Assembly (NCBI GenBank): GCA_965287045.1
Contig: OZ336882.1
Span: 60,140,001-60,204,000, forward strand
Direction: 5' to 3'
DNA: 64,000 bases
Source of the DNA: Carcharhinus amblyrhynchos
Lineage: Eukaryota
In this document: one piece after another, positions 62,690 through 64,000 of the stretch
Numbering within the stretch: the first letter of the stretch is position 1
How the letters are laid out: the number at the start of each line of letters is the position of its first letter
Notes under the pieces: model-generated
Databases searched by the model: none
What the model was told of the DNA's origin: nothing
Seen by the model: the letters and a program-made list of their open reading frames with translations, nothing else
Translations under genes and position numbers: made by a program

Positions 62690-63053
62690 GAGGTGATGCA
62701 ATAGCCTACTGGGTAATATTGCTAGATTATTAATCCAAAAACTCAATGAATGTTCTGGGGATCTGGGTATGAATCCTGTCATGGTGGAATTTGAATTCAA
62801 TAAAAAAAAGTGGAATTAAAAACCTACTGGTGACTGTGAAACACGTTGTCGATTGTCGGAAAAAAATCATCTGGTCTACTAATGTCCTTTTGGGGAGGAA
62901 ATCTGCCATCCTTACCCAGTCTGGCCTACATGTGACTCCAGGGCCACAGCAATGTGGTTGACTCTCAATTGCTCTTCAAGGGAAACTCGGGATGGGCAAT
63001 AAAATGCTGGTACAGCAAGTGACGCTCATGTCACACAAATGAATAAAAAAAAC
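62690..63053 (+). mobile_element. tRNA-derived SINE, 15080 family
   Basis: Same head, core and tail as 46488. Confidence 0.85.
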
Positions 63054-63177
63054 CTGGACATTCTAAAAAAAAGTACAACTATGCTGCTCATATCCAAATT
63101 TACATCAAGTTCCCTTCGCCCATCATTGCCATGATTCATTGAATCACATTAACTCTTGGTCTGTCACCATCTAGATT

Positions 63178-63511
63178 GTGGCGGCACGGTAGCACAGTGG
63201 TTAGCACTACTGCTTCACACCTCCAGGGACCTGGGTTCGATCCCTGGCTTGGGTCACTGTCTATGTGGAGTTTACACATTCTCCTCGTGTTTGCATGGAT
63301 TTCCTCCGGATGCTCCGGTTTCTGTCCAAAGATGTGCGGATTAGGTTGATTGGCCATGCTTAAAAATTGCCCTTAGTGTCCTGAGATGTGTAGTTAGAGG
63401 GATCAGTGGGTAAATGTGTAGGGATATGGGGGTAGGGAATGGGTGGGATTGGGGGCAGTGCAGACTCAATGGGCCCAATGTCCTCTTTCTGTACTGTCGG
63501 GATGCTATGAT
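63178..63511 (+). mobile_element. HE1-like V-SINE
   Basis: Full copy, B-box ggttcgatccc. Confidence 0.9.
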
Positions 63512-63639
63512 TGTTAAATTTGTACCTCCATAATCCTCTGTATTGCTGTTCATTCCTAGGTTCCCCCTCAAGAGCCTGCATCTTTCCAGCTCATGTCTTT
63601 TTGCTTCCCACCTTCCCTCCATTGGAAAGCATCCCTTCA

Positions 63640-63865
63640 ACTATCTGGACTACAAACTCTGGAATCTCCTCCTTAAATCTCTGTGCCTTTCTCACTCTTC
63701 TCCTTTAATTTGCTGCTTAAAACTTGCCTCTTAGACAAAACTTTTGGATACTTGTTGTAAAACCTCTTTAGATCAATGTCATTTGTTTTGTTTCAGAACT
63801 TTATTGTGAAGAGCCTTGGGAAATACTTGGTATGTTGAAATTAATATATAAATGCATGCTGTAAT
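63640..63865 (+). mobile_element. L2-type LINE 3' end, old
   Basis: ctctggaatctcctcc (LWNxL), ttaaaacttgcctctt, L2-like tail; similar relic at 48.49-48.60 kb. Confidence 0.55.
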
Positions 63866-64000
63866 TGTACTAAATGCTGTTGCTATGAATTAGTTCAAGT
63901 AGCTATACCTAACCAATTATTTTTATGGCTAAGTCTCTCCAATGCACTCTCGTAGCATGGAGCTTTACCTTAGGAGCTTAGTGGTAATGTTACTAAACTG

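Overview
Repeat-dense vertebrate DNA, almost certainly from a cartilaginous fish (shark). The evidence is many HE1-like V-SINEs, HER1/CR1 LINEs and SacSINE1/Deu-domain fragments, all recognised from memory rather than by search. I can support no intact host protein-coding gene, so the window looks intronic or like a gene desert. Main contents: (1) a young, near full-length but inactivated CR1 LINE (~24.25-28.96 kb, minus strand) with a zinc-finger/zipper plus SGNH-esterase ORF1 and an APE-RT ORF2; (2) very young Penelope-like fold-back insertions with 12-14 bp target-site duplications (TSDs) and a minimal hammerhead-ribozyme core at the hairpin apex (2.76-3.02 kb and 28.70-28.93 kb), plus older relatives; (3) a second LINE family whose 5' end appears to be a tRNA-derived head shared with a SINE; (4) Harbinger elements (a Myb/SANT relic and MITEs), an 80-bp hAT MITE, Gypsy relics and LTR-like elements; (5) a decayed tRNA-Asn copy and a CGGBP1-like relic; (6) non-repetitive stretches with three perfect PBX-MEIS decamers, suggesting developmental enhancers. 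Boundaries of old repeats are approximate.
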